A stretch of 64,000 nt of DNA from assembly GCA_951406725.2 (NCBI GenBank), contig OX597817.1, positions 133,982,001 to 134,046,000 of the forward strand. Direction: 5' to 3'. The translations under genes and the position numbers were made by a program. Position 1 is the stretch's first letter; every line of letters begins with the position of its first letter. The notes below the pieces were generated by a model. The model was not told the origin of the DNA. It did no database searches and worked only from the letters and a program-made list of their open reading frames with translations. This document shows, piece after piece, positions 49,475 through 63,599 of this stretch. The DNA is from Octopus vulgaris. Taxonomy: Eukaryota.

Positions 49475-49770
49475 TGTCTTCTATAGCCGCGAGCCGACCA
49501 AAACCATGTATGTGGATTTGGTAGATGGAAACTGAAAGAAGCCTTTCATATATGTGTGTGCGTGCGTTTGCATCTGTTTGTTTCCCAACACCGCTCGACA
49601 ACCAGTGTTGGTGTGTTTTCATCCCAGTAACTTACCAGTTCGGCAAACGAGACCGATAGAATAAGTACAAAGCTTAATAAAATTACTGGGATCGATTCAT
49701 TCGACTAAAAGTTCAAGGCGATGCCCCAGCATGGCCGCAGTAAAATGGCTGCGATTAGTATAAAAGACGA
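49475..49770 (+). mobile_element. SINE family 2 copy
   Basis: Contains tgtcttctatagcc..ggtagatggaaactgaaagaagc..gttcggcaaacgagaccgataga..cagcatggccgcag. Confidence 0.85.
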
Positions 49771-50015
49771 ACGATAATGATTAGGGGACCATTCTGTAAG
49801 TTGTAGCTGTGGATCATATTCTTTTCAGCACAAAAATGCTGAGAGTAACTCCGAAGTCACGACGATCGTTAGGTGTTTGTTGGGATTTTAAACCTATTTT
49901 CTGAAAGCAACGGAATATTTAAGGTCGGACTGATTCATTATTATTTCAACACACACACACACACACACACACATGCACGCGCAGACATGCACGCACACAG
50001 AGGGACCATATAGAG

Positions 50016-50283
50016 CAGGGGTTCCCAAAATGGGCGGTACCGCTTCTATGAAAGTGATGGAAAGATACAGGGGGCGTTGAAGAAAGATGAGGCGATTATG
50101 GGGTGACCAAAACGGGGACAGACGATGTAAAAAACAAAGGGTTCTTTTGGTTAAGTTTTCTTTGTGAAATACTGTTGCTTTGGATTTGTTTCGGAAAATG
50201 GTCTGTCTGTGGTGAAGTGGGGGTACAGGAATGTGCTCTTAAAACTAAGGAGGCGGCTGCCTGAAAAAGTTGGAGAACCGCTG
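50016..50283. mobile_element. hAT (Charlie-like) MITE
   Basis: TIR-like ends CAGGGGTTCCCAA and TTGGAGAACCGCTG. Flanks atatagag / gtacagaa form a degenerate 8-bp TSD. Confidence 0.65.
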
Positions 50284-51195
50284 GTACAGAATACAATTCA
50301 ATTCGTGTAGAGATTATCATTTATCCAGAAGTTCACAAGAATAAATTCTGTATTTGTTTTGACTATTGTCAATAAGAATGAAATTAAAAAGCAAAAGTGG
50401 ACTTCAAATGCACTACGTGGAGGAAATATGAAATATTCACTTCACTACACCCTCGCGCAACATCATAATGCTCCAGTTACCGTTTACCATACATACGGAT
50501 GGTGGAGAGAGTGTGTCTGCTTTGATTAGGGAAATTTGTTTGACGTCAGTCAGGTATGTATAGGAGGAAACTTTCATAGTGGTTCATTTGACGATGTTCC
50601 ATATTTAGACCACAAATCCTGTTTGACGGTTTTCATGTGATCATTCAAATCTTTATAGGATGATAGGATAATATTACTGACCATAAAATGTTTATAGATG
50701 ATGTTAGTACAATTTGTTAAAGTTCATAGGTTAGAGAAAGCTCAAAGTCAGTGTTGGTGTCAGAAGCTTCAAATAAATTTAAACTGGGTATATATTTTTT
50801 TAAAGGTTAGATTGATAAAAATATTATTACTATAGATTATTTGTTGAAATACTCCATTTCTGGCAAGGATGTCTATACATATACAAAATCAATTATATAA
50901 CCGCATATATCTGTATTTATACATATCGAGATAAAAACCTTCTACTATAGTGACACGAGTCTTTAAGGAAATATTTATATACACCCATCCGTGTATACGT
51001 GTAACTATGTATATGTACGACCGTATGTGATTATGTATGCATGTAACTATGTGTGTGTGTACATATAATTCATAAATGCGTAAAGATACATTGCAACATA
51101 GATTTATACACACAAAAGAAACATGTACGCCCACACTCAACCTTATTCAAAATATAATTAAAAAACCTAGACGAGAGTATTTCACTATGAATTTC

Positions 51196-51239
<44 letters not shown>

Positions 51240-52023
51240 CACCATGCTAGAAGCACCATACAAATAGCCAGGAGGAGCAAACTAAACCTCAGTCTGATGC
51301 CTAAGAAACCGAAACTTCGAAGTCACTATCGAATATTTTCCTTAGATATCTGCAACGTTAAAAAAAAAGTACCAAAGAAATGCAGAGAATCGATCAAAGA
51401 ACCTGATTCTGTTGCTTCATTCATAGCAATATGCCGAACATCACAGTAACACATGACATCGCACTTGTATTGGATGCAAGAATATAAAGAGAAATATTTT
51501 TTTGTTTAACTTTACTTCCCAAAATAGGTAATTCCGCAAGAAGAACAAAAAAAAAAAAAGACATAATTTTTATTTCCCCCCCTTTTAAATGCAACATTTA
51601 CTCGCGCGTTTAAATTATCAAGCAGTTTATTGTCTGATGTATTAGTGCCTATATATCGCTAAAATCATAGATTAATATTTGTTCCGAACTTTCTTTGTTG
51701 TTTGTCTTATTTAAGACAGTAATCGCCGATTTACTATTTTCTATATAACCCAGAAACAAGTGGAGTTGATGTAGAATTCATTCTTTTGATGGTAACTTTC
51801 CGTTTGTTGACATATCAATTTAAACACACTGGATACATCACTTGATAATGTTCCGTACCACACAGTTTAGATTCAACAATAAACTGATGTTTTATTAGTT
51901 TTTTTCCCCATCTTTGCTATCATAAGAGAATTTTTTTACCTTTTTTCTCGACTATATATCCAAATATATACACAAGCGTGTTTTATACTAACCTTCGCAC
52001 GCACACACACGCACGCACACACG

Positions 52024-52097
<74 letters not shown>

Positions 52098-53479
52098 AAA
52101 GTTAGTAGCAACCAATAAAGTATTTGGACTGCTTAACAATGGATATCGATTTATTTAGAGTAGATAGAGTTCCAGCTTCACGGTCGATAAAATAAGCAAT
52201 GAGGTGTGATGGCATTCATGCTTTTACCAAAGACGTTTACGGAATATATAAATTCCAAATGACTTCGCTCGGGGGCTCGACTAAACCAGTTCGCCGGCGA
52301 TCCCTTGCGGTGTTGTTGACAATCGTTCGTATTGCACCTGACCCAGATTTACAGTTCTAGCAGAAGGAAAACAATAGAATGAAGTGAGTTTCATGCTTTT
52401 CTCCTGAATATTAGTGTGACATATTTGAGGGTATTTTGACCCGTGATGGGAACATGGTTTATTTACAGCTCGATCCTGGCATGACTCTACCATACACCTA
52501 AAAAGCAATCATCCATAGAAGATCTACTACATCAATAGTTAAGTAAATTATGACAAATTCCGAGTGAATTGTGTCTGCCAGTGTTTTATTTCCTATTGTC
52601 CTTCCTTTTCTTGGATTTCCTTATCAATTATTTCTTTAGTTGAAACAAGTTCGTTTCAATAATTTTTGAAATTAATGAATTTATTAAAATAGTTTTGTCA
52701 TTATTAATCCTGCCAAACCAGGGCTCCTGAGCCAAAAAATAGCTAGTTGCATATACAAACTAACGGACGGAATCAGCTGCATCTTCCGTTTCTACTGGGG
52801 GTTTTTTTTTTTGTGAATTACCTCTTTAACGCGAATCCTGCAGAGAGGGTGCGTAACCCATTCCTGCAAGAGCAGAAATATGGCATGACAGGGTTATGTT
52901 GGTGTTTGGAACAGAATAGCAAGAAATTTTGCTGGTAGGATTTAATTTTGACCAGTTTAGAACATGAAGTTTCTGTCATAGGAACAGGGGTGGCGTTGGA
53001 CAGGTTGATACCAACTTAAGATAAGCAAAGATGTTTTGCAATGTTCCAGAGTCAAAACAAGATACAAAGGATGGGAGGACGTAATGTTTCTCATCTTCAC
53101 CTACTCAATATCTCAATATTTCAATTTTCAAAACGGTATGGAATTTATAATCTATGTTTGATCTGAAGTATAAAACTAAAAATTAAGTAATACGGATATT
53201 TCAACAAGTTCAGTTACCACCCTGCACAAAATTAGGAAGGAATTAAATTTCATTTGTTAAAATTCAACTCTTTCTAAACTGATCGTGAAGAATACAATGT
53301 CACAGAGAAGAGAGGATGCCACGTTGCATTGGTTTAGCAGAAAATGTTCTTGTCACTGAAATAAACCTTTACACAAACAGATGGAGTTCTTTGCTGCAGG
53401 AAGCCGCATCATAATTCTGAGGTCTTTTTAAATCTTCTTAGCTACTAGAAATAATATTTCGAATCTTTCATGCTAGTCT

Positions 53480-53800
53480 TGGACGGCGAATTGGTTGAAT
53501 TGGATAGTGCTTTTCAATTACTGCCGATGTCGCTTTTGGCCTTGATCATTTTCAAGTCCGGTCCTGTACTGGTGTCTGTCCATTTTCTTTGTCTCTTTCC
53601 TGAAATCGGCTATGATCTAACACTGTCCAAGACACACTGCAGATGAAGACACGGTGATCCTGCTTCTCCATAAGGATTTGAGGGCCCAAGGATAAGCAAA
53701 CCAACACATATCTTCTGTAACTGCAACAGTACTGAATGCTTCATTTCCCAACCAGTATAAGTACTGGCTGTCTTCATCAATGCTACAATGTATCTAAAAC
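53480..53800 (-). mobile_element. Highly decayed RTE-like LINE 3' fragment
   Basis: Remnants MCWFAY (LRWFGH) and GKRQRKWTD..TG in the expected order. Confidence 0.4.
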
Positions 53801-54719
53801 AAAAGATAAATATATCTGAAACATTTTCCATTGTTCAATGAAAGTATGAAACAGGAGGCCAAGGTTTCTGTGGACTTAATTCTAGTAAATGTTTTTCAGA
53901 TATTTCTCAGATGTGAAGTTAAATAGGATGATGGGATTTAATAGCGAGACGGTCTTTCTATATAAATAAATGTTGACATTTTTATCCGCATTGTGAATTA
54001 GTTGTTTGACCCCCAGTTCTTCGAAAGTCCACATTATCATTTATCCTTTTAGAATAACAAATATATATCGTTTTTACCTTGGGAGCAAAGTAGATAGAAA
54101 ATTGAAAGTACAGAAAAAAAAGATTTATATCCTCTTTGTCGTGTGGAACAAGAAGAGATAAATCTAAGCTGGTAAAATCAGAGAAAAATCTGTTTCGTGT
54201 TTGTGTGTGGGCTTTAACTATTATTATTATTTCGTGATGATGTTCTAGAGTAGGTGTCTTTCAAGATTAGTGTGTAACATTCACCACAATTTCACTTCAA
54301 ATTACATTGTTATTGTCTTTACACACATTCGTGAACATCACAGCATATAAATCTCTCGCTTTCATAAATGTTGATTGAGCGTGCGCTGGTTAATTTCAGC
54401 GAAGAAAATACAAATATTGACTCTAGCTGAAAGGTGATTAAAACTGTATTTCCGATTATACTGTCCTACAAAGACATCTCATGAGAAAACAATATGGAGG
54501 ACAATGCAAGGATATTCTAATATTTATAGGAATGTGACCATCACATATCGCATCTGTATCTGCAGCCTTCCTTTCACATCCTAACATTGCTTTTAATTTT
54601 GCCTTGTTCATGTCGACAACGCACCGAAAATACCGGTTCTCGCTCGATCAGCCTGCTTAGTACCTAGATGAATGAACCCTTGGAAAGCCCTGGTTCTGAA
54701 AATAAAAACTACCTCACTT

Positions 54720-55005
54720 TAGTTACGACGACGAAGGTTCCAGTTGATCCAATCAACGGAAACCCTGCTGGTGAAATTAACTGAGCAATCCATACACACA
54801 CGTAACCTTAACATGGTTCTTTGGGAGATTCAGCGTGAAACAGGATTCGACGAGGCTGACCCTTTTAAAATACAGGAACTAATTTTTCCCAGTTGTGTGA
54901 ACTGTAAGCAACGGGAAATAAAGCGGGTTGCTCGAGGACATAACGCGCCGCCGGGAATCGAACTCACAACCATACGATCGTGAGCCGAATGCCCTGACCA
55001 TTGCA
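54720..55005 (-). mobile_element. SINE family 3 copy
   Basis: gttacgacgacgaaggttccagttgatcc..gggaatcgaactcac matches 46250-46592. Confidence 0.85.
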
Positions 55006-55277
55006 ACCTAACCGTTTTTTATTCGGTATGTAAAAAAAGTTTTACATACCAACACCGGAGCCGCTAGACCGCACAGTGTGCGCTCTAAACTAATGTGCGA
55101 GGCCTTTGTACTCGTCGGGTAGGTTGTAATATTTCAGCCAAACTGTTTTATAATTTGAATTCATTTATCGTGTGACCTTGCACATTGAAATTGCTCTTCA
55201 CACACCCCTCTCTCTCTCTTTCACACACACAAACAGTTAACTAAATAAACTGATATGCGTGTTTGTGTCTTTATATA

Positions 55278-56090
55278 TACGAAGTGATATCAAAAAGTTC
55301 CCCCACTAGTTCTGTAGCGCGCCAATAGATGACAGCACACGGTCGCGCGCGCAATGAGAGCTGACAGTGACTTTCACGAGGCAGTGTGCCGAGTGATATC
55401 ACTGTTCGCAAGTCACGAAATTCGCGTTTTTGTGATCCTGTTTATGCTGTAGTCTGCGATTTTTTCATGAACAGGAAGTTGGAATAAAGAGCCCACGTGA
55501 AGTTTTGCTTCAGAGACATTTGCGCATGCTTCGGCAAGCTTACAGCCAAGAGGTAATGGGTTGTATGCAAGGTTTTGAGTGGCACGAGCGCTTCAAAATA
55601 GCTGCAGCTCAATCAAGAGCAGGCTTATGGATTTCTTTATTTCCCGACATCCGCAGAGTTGTGCATCAAGAATTCGTCCTGCCGACGTTTTGAAGCATGG
55701 GCGGAAGGACATTTGGCGAACGCGACGGATCTGTGGAGCGTGAAGAATTAGAATCTTCGCGACTACAATGCACCCTGTTACCGAGGTCTCTTCAGTTGTG
55801 AGTGTCTCACCAAAAAACATGATCTCGCTTCTGCTCTATTCTTCAGATTTAGCATCTGCGGACTTCCATCTTTTTCCCAAAATGAATATGAAGTTCAAAG
55901 GTTGCCGTTTTAACTCTGTTGTTTAGATCAAGAGTCAGTCGCAGAAGGTCCTCGACGCGCTTACGGAAAACGATTTCCAAGACAGATTCCTAAAGTGGCA
56001 GGACGCTGGGATCGGTTTATTGCTGCTGTAGGTGAATATTTTGAAGGAGATGATGTTAAAACTTTGATAAATGGTATGTCCAGTATTATG
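55278..56090 (+). mobile_element. Internally deleted mariner element
   Basis: Terminus tacgaagtgatatcaaaaagtt. Motifs MNRKLE*RAHVKFCF, GFEWHERFK, VVHQEFV, YSSDLASADFHLFPKM..KGCRF and GEYFEGD. Confidence 0.85.
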
Positions 56091-56636
56091 ACAACGTATA
56101 TCATCATCTGCTTGACTGGCCCATACGGTGTATCTCACTGACTATCACTACATGCTATGTTTGTTTACTATTATCTTCTCACTTGGGGATGTCTGCCCCC
56201 CCCCCCCAGCCATAATTTTGTTCAAGAATTATTTTTCTCTTCAGAATGCCGCAGGTAGTACCAGCCTACATTGTGTACCGGTAGCGCTACTAACACATAG
56301 CGATCTAACTTAAATCCTTCATTATGTGTAGTTCAGTTCCTTCTTCAATAGGCTTCATTTTTCACTGCGTATGTACGTTACTTTTCTCTGTGTAGTGCTG
56401 TCCTGTGTTAGAGTTCCAGTTTTATCAGAATCTTTTTTCAATAGAATTTATATATTTTTCACTGTGTAGTTCTTCCATTTCGACACTATTATGAACGTTC
56501 GTAACCTCGTTACCGCTGTTATAACGACACCGTTATACAGTGGGAGGTATCCTCGTCACCACTGATATGTACTGCATTATGACGATGTATTTCGTTGTCT
56601 GCCTGACTGGCCCGTACGGCGTAGCTCGCTGACTGT

Positions 56637-57420
56637 ATTTCTTTTATTTGGCCACGTGGGCCCAACAAGGAGGGGGCAAACATGGGCAGGCAATACATAA
56701 AAAGCTGGGAGGTGGGGTCATGTCGGATGGTTTATAATAGTATGCATTTTAAAAACTTTAAACAGGATTAAAAAGTTTTTGTGTGATGTCAAGACATCCA
56801 ATCGACGCCCGACATGTTCCCTTTTTTTGCGCTGGCTCCACCTACCTGGTTCCAGTCAGGCACAGCATACTTCCTACAGACTTCCATCTTTTTGTGTACA
56901 TATTGTGCAACAGGCATCACTTCTCCGGTCTGATTTTGCTCTTCAGGTGGTAGCTAAAAAAACTAACCAACCCTTGGCCTGTGATGAAGGTACCTGTCAC
57001 GATCCCTCTTGCAAGCGTCTTCCATACTGTCTCTTTCAGTATGGTTTCTACACAGAAAAAACAGGCCTACCACTCCCTGTTAAAGGAGGGAGGTGGCACA
57101 TTCTTTAAAATAGATTTAGCTGATGGCTGTCCTCTTCCCATTGTCGACAACAGTTGTTCAGAAAAGGTTTTCACTCCCGTTAATTCCGTACCCTGTACGA
57201 AGGTGTGCAGAACAGTTTCGCTGCCCTGCCCTCACCTCGGGCATGTCAGTGGGACGGCACGACCGTGCCTCGATAACCTCACTCGAACAGATAAAGCTGA
57301 TCGATAGCATAACCAGGCCAGGGATTTCTGGTAATTATCCAGATACCCCGGTCCAAAGATTCCCGTCTTTGGAAGTCAACTGACTTCCATAGACGTCCAG
57401 ATTCTCTCCCAGGACATCGT
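56637..57420 (-). mobile_element. Tx1/L1-clade LINE 3' end (zf-RVT domain and 3' UTR)
   Basis: Minus frame LDNYQKSLAWLCYRSALSVRVRLSRHGRAVPLTCPR*GQGSETVLHTFVQ matches the zf-RVT CCHC pattern. Ends in aaataaaagaaata. Confidence 0.8.
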
Positions 57421-59059
57421 CTGACATAAACTCTACCAGCCAGCTATGGAAATGTAAACTCTTTAGTTGACATGACAATTAGTTGAATGTATGTTGTTAG
57501 TTACCATCAACTCAGCCTTGATCTATGATGTCTCTGTTTAATGAGACTCTACAATGTAGTGTCAGTCAGAAATTATTATTTTTAAGACTGTTGGGACTGA
57601 TTTCATAATGAATTGGCTTCTATTTCTAGAGACCCCGTAATAACCTCTGAAGTGGCTCAGTGTCACTTGTAGAAGAATTAAGACGACAGGTGATAAGACT
57701 CATATACCGGGGACGTAAGTTCAAGAAGAGGTTGAAACAAAAGATAATGTTTCGAGTAGATCGTGTGAATGAGAAAGATAATGTTAGCGAAATGAGGAAT
57801 ATTCTGAGAATTGATGATTTATTTACCGGTGAAACTAGTTAGAGGTGACTATAGTTCTCGTAAATACACTGTTTCGTCGACATTCATAATGAGGGAGATT
57901 TAATTTTAAGAATGGATGTGGTAGGTTTCTTTGTAAATAATAATGGATTAAGATTATGGTATAATTGTAGACTTTAGGATCGTGATGAGTGCATTTATAT
58001 CTATGGCTCAGTAAGATGATGGAAGGTATCATCATATCTCACTATAATCATTTTGCGGGGAGAGATGGGTGAAAGATATGTTTATATCTACACATCGAAA
58101 ACCTCAACCGAATGATTGCAACATCCATAGGTCAACTTACGGTCAAACTGGCAAGCTTTTGAGCAAATGTATTCGTTGAGCCGCTTCGGTTTGAAGAAGA
58201 AAATAATAGAGGACAAAAGAAAGCATACGGTGACGAATTCTGGTCCAAAATATGACAGGAACCTGTAGAGAGTAAAACATTGAAAGGAGAGACTAAAAAA
58301 AAATCTACGGAGAAAATCGTAGAAAGGGAATACCGTCTTCGAGCTACATTACGTGTGGCAGGGCAACATATTGGAAATGTCACCCAAAACCAGGCTCAAT
58401 TCATATGTCGGGCTTCTGCACAATTTCTATTCACAAAACTTATGTCGACCCAAATCAGACATTTTCCCAATATGACACGCAATAGAGATAAATCTGGCCC
58501 CGCGTGTTTGTTAATGATATAAAGGGACTTAACAGCCATGTTATATTATGAAGCTTCGATTATAAATATCAACAGGAAAAGTACGTAGAATCTAGTTAAA
58601 TATGCAATCAAACGAAAATAAACAAACGTAAAGATATATTAATTAAAATGTGGGACAATTTTTTCCTCTCTTCGAAATTCCTATTTTGTTGCCTGCTAGA
58701 GCAGTTCTAAAGGTATAAGGCCGTTAATCACGTTTATGTCGGCAGCAATTATGGAAACAATTGGCAATCTAGAGAGATTGGTCACAGAGAAATATTCTTA
58801 CACACAAACTAATTACCAACTCAATAGTCTCGTGGCAATTTAAGCAATTTATTTCGTAAATTAAACTACAAACTTGATTAGTCCAGAGAACCAAGTTGCA
58901 AACGAAATGAAATTGTATATCGAGGATAATGTATTGAATGAAAAAGTAGTGTGCGTGTGTACGAATATAAATATATTATAAATAATCATGTGGTTAGTAG
59001 CCTTATAACGTACGTTCCAAAAGCACCTCTACGGTTATCGGCTACCATATGCTATCATA

Positions 59060-59113
<54 letters not shown>

Positions 59114-59159
59114 TGAGAAAGACAGACACCAAGATAGACAGAAGCTGGTTGTGAGTGAC

Positions 59160-60250
59160 TGAATAGAAGAGAGAGAGAGCGCGAAAAAAGGAATAGGGTA
59201 GGTGTAGGAAAGAATGAATAAGAGCGAAAGTAAAATCAGAAATAAAAATACAAGTAAAAATTAAAGGTAAGCTACAAGTGTTATTCTTCGTGAGTGTCGA
59301 TTCGGGGTGAGAGGTCAGGCGTCAAGGTTTTGGTAAAGTGGAGGAGGGAGGTATTTATGTTTATTAATCAAATATATGAATTCTAGGTTAGGTATGATCA
59401 GAATATTTAGCCCAGTAGTCAGTAGGGATAACTAAAAATAGATGCCTAGCTTTAGAGGGTATGCATAGAATAAAGCTACAATTAAATGGATAAGAGATGC
59501 AGATTAAAAGTTAAATTAAAATTCAAAAATTAAAAAGTTATATTAAAGCTAGCTAGCTTCTAAGATACTTATGAAGAAAAGGAAGAGAAAAAACGTACGT
59601 ATATTGCAACGACCGTGGATGCATATAAGCGAGTGGTTTGTGTGTTGACTTTACTTGCATTTGGACCTATGGAAGAATCTAAAGGTGCGATAGAATTTAT
59701 GTTTACATGTAGAAAATGCTTCGTGTTGTTTATTGAGTAATTGCTGTGAATAATGAATTAATATTTGGAGGGCTTCTTTCAGGCAGAGTCCGCATGTGGA
59801 GCGCTGGCCTTGGTATGGGTTACCAGAATCTATTATGGCCCAGGATATCCTATTTGGTACTTTTCTATTTATCAAAAGGTGAATGTGGTTGGCCAGAGGA
59901 GAGCATCTCACTCGGGGTCTTTTTAAGTTTATATGTCTATAGTGGTAGGGTTAATGTGTCTAGTAGTGGGGCATGACCCCCACCGAATTGAGTTTAGAGA
60001 TGTTTTTTAAGCCTAGTATTTACTAAGAATTTAATTTGCTAGTGCCTGGTTGTAGTATGTAGCGTGGCTATTGAAGATTTCTTCCGTGACTGAGAGAATC
60101 GATATCCGGGTAGATATGTCTTTCATTACACTACCAAAGGTAGATTTATGGTGATTAGAGTCTATGCTAATGCATCTGAGGTACTGATTATGTTTATGGC
60201 AGGTGGAGGGAGATTATAGCGAAGATTTTAAATCTAGAGTAACATTTAGA
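59160..60250 (-). mobile_element. Penelope-like element 3' portion with internal deletion
   Basis: Thumb region DSNHHKSTF..ISTRISILS..EEIFNSHATYYNQAL. GIY-YIG end ISWAIIDSGNPY..CGLCLKEALQIL..LLNKQHEAFSTCKHK. Confidence 0.85.
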
Positions 60251-60313
60251 AAATTAGCTGTTTTGTAAGTGCTTTCAAATGAGATAGATAAATCAAGATA
60301 AATCTATACACAC

Positions 60314-60375
<62 letters not shown>

Positions 60376-60561
60376 GTCTCCCTCCTCCCTACAAGTGTAT
60401 GTATGTATATATACCTATGCATATATATATATATATATATATACATACACACACACACAGAGACACGTTCACACATATACATACACATGTACACGCACTC
60501 ACAGATATGAATATCCATATATAATCATATATGTACGCATATACACGCACGCACACACACA

Positions 60562-60785
60562 TAAGGGTGTGCTGAAAAGTTCCTGGCTTTGGGGAAGAGT
60601 AAATTGTGGAAGATTAGTTAATTAGATTCTTATCCAACGTATTCCCCAATCAGATTTACACACTTATTGCAGCAGACCTTCAGCTTCAGTGTTTCTAAGC
60701 CCTGAAAAGAACTCGGAAGGTTGAGCGTCCAATCAGGCTTCTTGCGACACCCTTAAAGCCAGTAATTTTTCAGCACCCACTTGTA
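60562..60785. mobile_element. Mariner-type MITE
   Basis: TIRs aagggtgtgctgaaaagttcctggcttt / aaagccagtaatttttcagcacccactt. Confidence 0.85.
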
Positions 60786-60806
60786 TATGAACACATACGT
60801 ATGTAG

Positions 60807-60843
<37 letters not shown>

Positions 60844-61404
60844 CTTGCAACAACAATCCGAAAATTAGTCAGAATAAGTTAATCTAAGAAAAAAGATAGG
60901 TTCAGATATCAGATGTATGATATAACCTCTTCCCTCCTATAGAGAATATCAATAACACATTAGCGACTTCAGATATAAAAAATATATTTGCGAACCATAA
61001 CAAGTGAAACAACCAATGAATAAACAATAAACCAATAATTATGTGTCGTAGAACACAAGACATCTTAGCAAAGTAGGATCCGATTGCGCAATAAGCAATT
61101 GATCTACATCGGCCATTGAATATGCAAACGATATACCAAAAAACAATTTTCAGAAAGAAAGAACAATTCAGACAGAAAGAGCAGTAAAAAGATAGAGAAT
61201 TAAATAGCAAATTCAGCCAGTGAAAATAACTGAATGACCTACGAATTGATAAATGAAGCGATGACAACCATAGATAACAGGTTATTAACAAGTTAGCCTG
61301 TAATTGACAACCGCTGCCTGCCACAGTAAACAGTATTACTTTGCTCTAACATTTTATATGTATGTATATATATATATATGTATGTATATATATATATATA
61401 TATG

Positions 61405-61455
<51 letters not shown>

Positions 61456-61549
61456 ATAAATTAGAAAAGTTTGGGGCAGAATTGGCCCAGGTCATGGCTA
61501 ACTTAATAGCACCACCTAAAAAAGACAGTTAATGATGCTTGATATTACA

Positions 61550-61950
61550 TTCATTCTTTGGGCACCCATAGCCCATTCGAGTTACTGTCTGCAGAGATAT
61601 AACCGGTTATAAGTGGTTTATCTGAAATTTGTTGGAGATATTCCAACCGGAAGTGTTTGAATTTTATGAGATCTTTTTTTTCTTTCCTGATGTTAAAGAG
61701 TCCGGGGCTTGTGGGGAAATTGTTCTGTCTTAGTATGATTTTTGCTAAGACCAAATGGCTCGGAGAGTAAGCCATGGATGAATTCTAAAATTGATGCCAA
61801 CATGATTTGGGCAATTATGTGAAACCTTTTCCACATCATTCATAAGATATAACGCTCAAGGCGATGTCAGAGGGAATAGATGTTGAGCTTCTGGAGTTGA
61901 TCCCAGTTATCAAAATCTGTCACGTCATCTATTTTTTTGTGGTCGATCTC
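61550..61950 (-). mobile_element. Possible decayed PLE-type RT fragment
   Basis: STSIPSDIALSVISY (LYTSIPHD.AL..I.Y) followed by LAKIILRQNNF (ELILKNNYF). Confidence 0.35.
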
Positions 61951-62736
61951 TGGGGTACTTTAATTATATAAACGTAAAGCGAAAGGAAGTTAATTCTGGC
62001 GTTAAGGATGTAGTGGCGTGAAACTCGAGTGACGCACGTACACACTTGTAGAGAATATTCCATTATTCTTCGTTTTCGTTGCGCTGTGTATTATTAGGAT
62101 CTCCAGCTTTTTCATTGGTTGAATTCACAGTCAAATTTGAATGGGATGTTGTACATTCTATATTTGAATATCTTGAACAGATGAACTGAAAAACTTTACA
62201 GCCTTAGTTCATGTCTATCCCCCAGACACACACGCACGCACGCACGCACGCGCGCTTATAATCTAATTGTAGAAATGGAACACAAAGCGCGTTTGATCAG
62301 AACCGACGACTTTAAATTGACAGAAATAGAACAATTTTGTAGCTTATAATAGTTAAATCCTTTACAAGATGTTTGCTCTCGTCTTGAGAAGCTGGTGGTA
62401 AAGTTTCCTTTAAGTTGTTTTATGTGAAACACTTTTATTGTGAAACACCAATCGAAACTGGTGATTTCATTGTAGAACGAACACAATTATCGAAGGGTTT
62501 AATCCTGGCTATAAATATAGAATCATCTGCTTTCATAATTTTATGAACTGTAACAGTCTAAATTAGAAAGATATTCGACTTACTCTCTGCTGAAATCTGA
62601 ACTCTTCGCTTCTATAATATGCAAAGAATTATTCATAATTTTGGTAATGTTTGACTTTGGTGAACTTGAAGCCTCTTTCTAATTTCATCTGATCTATTTC
62701 TATCGATTTAATGTATATTTACACACACTCCACCCC

Positions 62737-62771
<35 letters not shown>

Positions 62772-63599
62772 CGCAAGAATAGAATCAAATTGAACGTCCT
62801 GATTCAATGTTGAATATAAGTTAATAGCTTAAAAAGGTCTAGTCTTTGGCTGGAGTGGGTCTGACTGGGGGAAGACGTTATCTTGACTGTAGATCTGGGC
62901 TGAATGGTTGGGGTAGAATAGCCTCGCCTAAAATCTGATGTGAAACCAGAAGACAGGTGATGTCTACCAATCAAGAGCAAAGCCCGAACTGACATCTGCC
63001 CCACCCTACTCCTATCCAACGTCGGGATTTTAAGGCGAAAATAAGAGAAACCAATCCATTGTTTTTTTTTTATATCTTTCATTAATTCATGACTTTTCAG
63101 TTGTTCAGCCAAAATAAATCCCTCGGTCAATCTATGTATTGCCTTCTGGTTTTATTTTAGTTCCTAATGCTCTGGGAACAGCTATAAATGCCACAGAACC
63201 GAATTTCTTTGACCGTCTGGTTATATTTCATTTCATAACATTAGAAAAATGTTCGTCTCGTTAATTCTGATTTGATACCCAACTTCAGAATATCTTTAGC
63301 CAACAGTGTCTATAGAGGTTTGCAAACAGTTTATCGAGAGAGAGGTAACAAGCGGACTAGTTTCAATCTCATGTCGGAACCTCATCAGTGGCCGCGTGCT
63401 TTTTTACCATCCACATAGTTACAAAGATTTGTTCTAAGGCAAATACCACGAGTGTCAATGCAGATAGTTTTATTGAATCAGCTAAAATACTTCTGTTTAA
63501 CACTTATACATGCACATGCCTCTCTGTAGACACACACGCACACACGCACACGCACAAAGCTCGCAAACGTATAAAACACACACACGTGTGTTTTGTGTG

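Noticed and set aside
58132-58522. Overlapping 80-83 aa ORFs on both strands
   Set aside because: No motifs, and lengths are within chance expectation.
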